A stretch of DNA of 64,000 bases, taken from the NCBI RefSeq assembly GCF_009914755.1, contig NC_060933.1; one strand, written 5' to 3'. The stretch is from the human T2T-CHM13v2.0 reference genome, Homo sapiens. Positions 56,573 to 64,000 of the stretch are shown piece by piece. The notes under the pieces were generated by a model. That model was not told the origin of the DNA and did no database searches. It saw nothing but the letters and a program-made list of their open reading frames with translations. Each line of letters opens with the position of its first letter. Positions within the stretch are counted from its first letter, which is position 1. The translations under genes and the position numbers were made by a program.

Positions 56573-57013
56573 TGTGTTAGTCGTGGTTCTCTAGAGGGAC
56601 AGAATTAATAGGATAGATATATATTTAAAAGGGAGTTTATTAAGTAGTATTAACTCATACAATCACAAGATCCTACAATAGGCCATCTGCAAGCTGAGGA
56701 GCAAGGAAGCCAGTCCAAGTGCCAACGCTGAAGAACTTGGAGTTCGATGTTTAAGGACAGGAAGCATCCAGCACGGGAGAAAGATGTAGGCTGGGAGGCT
56801 AGGCCAGTGTAGCCTTTTCACGTTTTTCTGCCTGCTTTATATTTGCTAGCAGCTGATTAGATGGTGCCCACCCAGAATAAGGGTAGGTCTGCCTTCCTCA
56901 GCCCACTGACTCAAATGTTAATCTCCTTTGGCAACACCCTCACAGACACACCCAAGATCAATGCTTTGCATCCCTCAATCCAATCAAGTTGCCACTCAGT
57001 ATTAACCATCACA
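56573..57013 (-). mobile_element. 3' LTR (MLT2A1-like)
   Basis: 'tgtgttagtcgtggttctctagagggacagaa...tcagtattaaccatcaca'. Confidence 0.93.
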
Positions 57014-57550
57014 AGTCTGCCCCTTGTCAACTTGAACCCATACACGTCTCCTGAGATCACACATAATCTTCAAATAAAGACAATAATAAGGTCATAATTA
57101 CACCTAACATAATACAACTATCCTTCGTACAACCGGAAATGCACCAATCCTCAACCCAAATACTATTACAGAAAGTTAACAGTACTTAAATGCTGATGTG
57201 AAGTCAATAAATCTTATGTCACATGATAAAGGAAAAAGGAAATAAAATGAAGATGTTTTCTTAGTACAAGTGTATACATGCACAAACATGTTTTTAACAA
57301 AAGAAGGAGGAAATACTCATGACAATTACAGTCCTCATTTCTGCAGCTGGTCCCCTGGTTATAGCTGGTATTAATGACTACCTTCTTCTACTACTCATTC
57401 TGTATTCCCTTTGCTGTCAGCAAGCACCTCAGCAGGTCATAGCTTTTTTCCTGGTGGAGTGAACTAAACCTTCATTCCTGAAGGGCCTGGGTCATTTGTA
57501 GTCCTGACCAGATTGGGCTGTTGTAGTTTCCCATTAACCTTAATCACAGG

Positions 57551-58018
57551 TCATGGTAATACTAAGAGACACCGTAATGGATCTCCTGTATTCCATACAT
57601 ACTCTTCCTTCCCTCCATTGTGGAATAGTAGACTGATTTCATCTTCACAGTCCAGGTCAATCACCACAGCCAATGCTGTAACTCCCTTCTTAGCTTGTTG
57701 ACTTAAATGTAGGAGGAGCCCACAGTGTCCAGGTGGCAATCTTAACTTCCAGTTTAATGGCATTGTCATGTCTCCTGGTGGCAGCATTCCTCCCTCTAGA
57801 ACTAAGACCTTTAGGCCAGCAGAACGTAATGTAGAGGGAACAGGAAGCAAAAATTTTGCTAACGAATCACTAGGGGTGTTGGTGAGTGGTGCCACTTCCA
57901 CTTCCACCCCTTGATTCCTGGATCTGTGAATCCTGCCTATGGCAGATTCAGTACCATATATTGGACGCTGATTCAGAGTATACACAACCTTTGGGAGAAC
58001 TTTGCCGCAGCCATGCAA
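57551..58018 (-). pseudogene. HERV-L integrase C-terminus and dUTPase relic
   Basis: Translation includes VYTLNQRPIYG and LRSAGLKVLVLEGGMLPPGD..NWKLRLPPGHCGLL..AKKGVTALAVVIDLD. Confidence 0.85.
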
Positions 58019-59795
58019 AGTATTATCATCTAGTTGGCATTGTAATTGATCGTAATTGTAACTTCAAATGGCCATTCCACCATTCTATCAATCCAGCTGC
58101 TTCAGGATGATGGGGAACATGGTAAGACAAGTGACTTCCATGAGCATGAACTCACTGCCACACTTCTTTAGCTGTAAAGTGAGTTTCTTGTTCAGAGGCA
58201 GTGCTGCGTGGAATACCATGACAGTGGATAAGGCGTTCTGTGAGTCCATGGATGGTAGTCTTGGCAGAAGCACTGCATGCAGGATAGGCAAACCCATATC
58301 TGGAGTAAGTGTTTATTGCAGTGAGGACAAACCTCTGCCCTTTCCATGATGGAAGAGGTCCAATATAATCAACCTGCTACCAGGTAGCTGGCTGATGACC
58401 CCGAGGAATGGTGCCATATCAAAGTCTCAGTGTTGGTCTCTGCTGCTGGCAAATTGGGCACTCAGCAGTGGCCGTAGCCAGGTCAGCCTTGGTGAGTGGA
58501 AGTCCATGTTGCTAAGCCCATGCATAACCTCCACCCCTGCCACCATGGCCACTTTATTCATGGGCCCAGTGGGCGATGACAGGAGTAGCTGGGGAAAGAG
58601 GCTGAGTGGTGTCCACAAAATGGGTCATCCTATCCACTTGATTATTGAAATCCTCCTCTGCAGAGGTCATCTGTCAGTGAGCACTCACATAGGATACAAA
58701 TATCTTCACAGCTTTTAACAACTCAGAGAGGTCCATCCACATACCTCTTCCCCAACATTCTTTGTCACCAATTCTCCAATCATGCTACTTCCAAGTCCCT
58801 GACCATCCAGCCAAACCATTGGCTACAGCCCATAAGTCAGTATGTAATTGCACATCTGGCCATTTCTCCTTCCATGCAAAGTGCACAACAAGGTGTACTG
58901 CTCGAAGTTCTGCCCACTGGGAAGATTTCCTTTCACGCTGTCCTCCAGGGATATCCTAGAAAGGGACTGTAGTGCCACAGCTGTCCACTTTCAGGTGGTG
59001 CCTGCATATCGTGCAGAACCATCTGTGAACCAGGCCCTAGTCTTCTCTTCCTCTGTCAACTGATCATAGGGAACTCCCTATGAGGCCATTGGTGCAGGCT
59101 GGAGGAGAGAAGGTAGGGTGGCAGGAGTGGAGATCATGGGCATTTGAGCCACTTCCTTATGTAACTTACTTGGCCTTCAGGATCTGCTTAAGCCCAATCA
59201 CGTATATACCACTTCCATTTGATGATGGAATGCTGCTGTGCATGACCCACTTTATGGCTAGATGGGTCAGAAAGCACCCAGTTCATGATAGGCAGTTCAG
59301 GTTGCATGGTGACTTGATGATCCATAGTCAAACTTTCAGTTTCCACCAAAGCCCAGTAACAGGCCAAGAGCTGTCTCTGAAAAGAAGAGTAATTATCTGC
59401 TGAAGATGGCAGGGCCTTACTCCAAAATCCTAGAGGCTTCTGCTGTTATTCACCAATGGGGGCCTACCAGAGGCTCCAAACAGTATCCCTATCTGCCACT
59501 GACACCTCAAGCACCACTGGATCTGCTGGGTCATATGGCCCAAGTGGTAGAGCAGCTTGCACAGCAGCCTGGACCTGTTGCAGAGCCTTCTCCTGTTGTG
59601 GACCCCATTCAAAACTGGCAGCCTTTCAGGTCACTCAATAAATGGGCCAGAGTAACACACCCAAATGAGGAATGTGCTGCCTTCAAAATCCAAATAGGCC
59701 CACTAGGCTTTGTGCCTCTTTCTTGGTTTGGGAGGGACCTAATGCAGCAAGTTATCCTTCACCTTAGAAAGAATATCTCAACAGGCCCCACACCA

Positions 59796-60599
59796 CTAGA
59801 CCCCTAGAAATTTTACTGAGGTAGAAGATCCCTGAATTTTAGTCAGATTTATTTCCCATCCTCTGGCACACAGATGGCTCACCAATAAGTCCAGTGTGTT
59901 TGCTACTTCTTGCTCACTGGATCCAATTAGCATAATGTCATCAATGTAATGAACCAGTGTGATATCTTGTGGAAGCGAAAAGTGATCAAGTTCTCTCCAA
60001 ATGAGATTATAACACAAAGTCGGAGAGTTGATATGCCCCCAAGGTAGAATGGTAAAGGTATATGGTTGACCTTGCCAGCTGAAGGCAAATTGTTTCTTGA
60101 GGGCCTTATGGACAGGAATGGAGAAAAAGACATTTACCAAGTAAATGGCTGCATACCAGGTACCAGAAGATGTGTTAATTTGCTCAAGCAATGAAATCAC
60201 ATTTGGTACAGCAGCTGCAATTGGAGTCACCCCTTGGGTAAGCTTATGATAATCCACTGCCATTCTCCAAGATCCATCATTCTTCTGCACAGGCCAAATA
60301 GGAGAGTTGAACAGGGATATGGTGGGAATCACCACCTTTGCATCTTTCAAGTCCTTGGTGGTGGCACTAATCTCCACAATCCCTCCAGGGACACAATATT
60401 GTTTTTGGTTTACTATTTTTCTAGGTAGAGACAGCTCTAATGGCTTCCATTTGGCCTTTCTCACCATAACAGCCCTCACCCTACCAGTCAGGGTGCCAAT
60501 GTGGGGGTTCTGCCAGCTTCGAAGTATGTCTATGCTAATTATGCATTCTGGCACTGGGGAAATGACCACAGGATGAGTCCGGGGACCCACTGGACGCAC
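59796..60599 (-). pseudogene. HERV-L protease end and reverse transcriptase fragment (267-aa open stretch)
   Basis: FNSPIWPVQKNDGSWRMAVDY, FFSIPV, LPWGHINSP and the catalytic motif VHYIDDIML. Confidence 0.92.
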
Positions 60600-60935
60600 T
60601 GTAAGTTAGACCTGAGCTAAAACTCCATTAATTACCTGACCTCCATAAGCCCCTACTTTAACTGAAGAACCACAATAATGTTTTGGGTCCCCTGGAATCA
60701 ATGTTAGCTCAGAGTCAGTGTCCAGTAGTCCCTGAAATGTCTGATCATTTCCCTTTCCCTAATGCACAGTTACCCTGGTAAAAGGCCAGCAGTCTCCTTG
60801 GGGAAGAATGGGAGAAAGATTAACAGCATAAATTGTCAGTAGTGTAATGGAGTCCTTCCTCAAGGGGACCCAGCCGCTCCTTCATTCAAGGGGTTCTGTT
60901 GTAAACTGGCTCAAGTCTGGAAAATGAATGAGGGG

Positions 60936-62925
<1,990 letters not shown>

Positions 62926-62969
62926 CCTTAATATTCTGTTCCTCTAGAACCCCTCCTGGTACCAAAGCC

Positions 62970-63415
62970 TGTATTAGTCAAGGTTTTTTAGAGGGACAGC
63001 ACTAATAGGATATATATATCCTATATATGAATGAGAGTTTATTAAGTAGTATTAACTCACACAGTCACAAGGTCTCACAATAGGCCTTCTGCAAGCTGAG
63101 GAGCAAGGAAATCAGTCCGGGTGCCAAAGCTGAAGAACTTGGAGTCTGATGTTCAAGGGCAGGAAGCATCCAGCACAGGAGAAAGATGTAGGCTGAGAGG
63201 CTAAACCAGTGTAGCCTTTTCATATTTTTCTGCCTGCTTTATATTCACTGGCAACTGATTAGATGTTGCCCACCCAGATTGAGGGTGGGTCTGCCTTCCT
63301 CAGCCCTGTGACTCAAATGTTAATCTCCTTTGGCAACACCCTTACAGACACACCTAAGATCAATACTTGGCATCTTTCAATCCAATCAAGTTGACGCTCA
63401 GTATTAACCATCACA
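62970..63415 (-). mobile_element. 5' LTR (MLT2A1-like)
   Basis: 'tgtattagtcaagg...gagggacagcactaatagga...cagtattaaccatcaca'. Confidence 0.93.
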
Positions 63416-63596
63416 AGCTCCCACTTGTAAGTGGTATTTGGTTGCCTGTTCCTGCATTAGTTTGCTTAGGATAATGGCCTCCAGCTCCGTCTGTGTCATT
63501 GCAAAGGACATATCTCATTCCTTTTTATGACTGCATAGCATTCTATGGAGTATATGTACCACATGTTCTTCATCCAGTCTACTGTTGATGGATATT
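63416..63596 (-). mobile_element. Older L1PA 3' fragment, right part
   Basis: 'agctcccacttgtaagtgg...ttcctgcattagtttgcttaggataatggcctccagctcc'. Confidence 0.85.
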
Positions 63597-64000
63597 AGAA
63601 AAGCTTTTCTTTCTATTGTTCTTCCACTACATTTTCCCTTTGCCCTATCTTTGTCAATGAATGGGAGGTTATCTTTAGACTATCTTACTTGAGGGGCCAT
63701 AGCCCAGTTGTGGTTCACATTGCTAGCAGATTTGCTTTTCAAAGCAATTCATATCTGAGGACTGGTTTACATCCACAAGATGCTGGACTATGGCACAGCC
63801 ATTTAAATAAGCAAAATGGATCTCACCAAACCCTATTCAACCCTGTTGATTTACAGCACTCATGACAATGACAGAGATGCTCACATTTTCTAGGACAACT
63901 TGTGTATAAACAGAGCCTACATCACTCTCTTCATCTTCAGCTCTTACTCCATCTCTCTTTCACTTTGTCTTTACCTCTCCCTCTCTCTGTTATAATTTAC

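Overview
Primate (human-like) genomic DNA, probably intergenic or intronic, dominated by interspersed repeats. I see no intact cellular protein-coding gene, and most ORFs in the track are repeat-derived or spurious. Main contents: (1) a ~5.1-kb retroposed block (5462-10585) inside an old L1M. It carries a heavily decayed cTAGE5/MIA2-like coding relic, a long leader, a 3'UTR, AATAAA, an A-tail and a degenerate TSD, and was later invaded by two solo ERV1 LTRs and an Alu. (2) A composite templated insertion (4750-4843) that preserves the empty site of one of those LTRs. (3) A ~97%-identical 450-bp inverted duplication (19318-19767 / 20845-21294) around a 1077-bp spacer. (4) Two long L1PB elements in opposite orientations. 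(5) A partial MST (MaLR) provirus. (6) A complete two-LTR HERV-L/MLT2A1 provirus (56573-63415, minus) with gag, pro/RT, RNase H, IN and dUTPase relics. Fifteen Alus, MIRs, MLT1s, a MADE1 and several short local tandem duplications are also present. Repeat subfamily names and protein comparisons come from recalled consensus sequences and need Dfam/RepeatMasker/BLAST confirmation.
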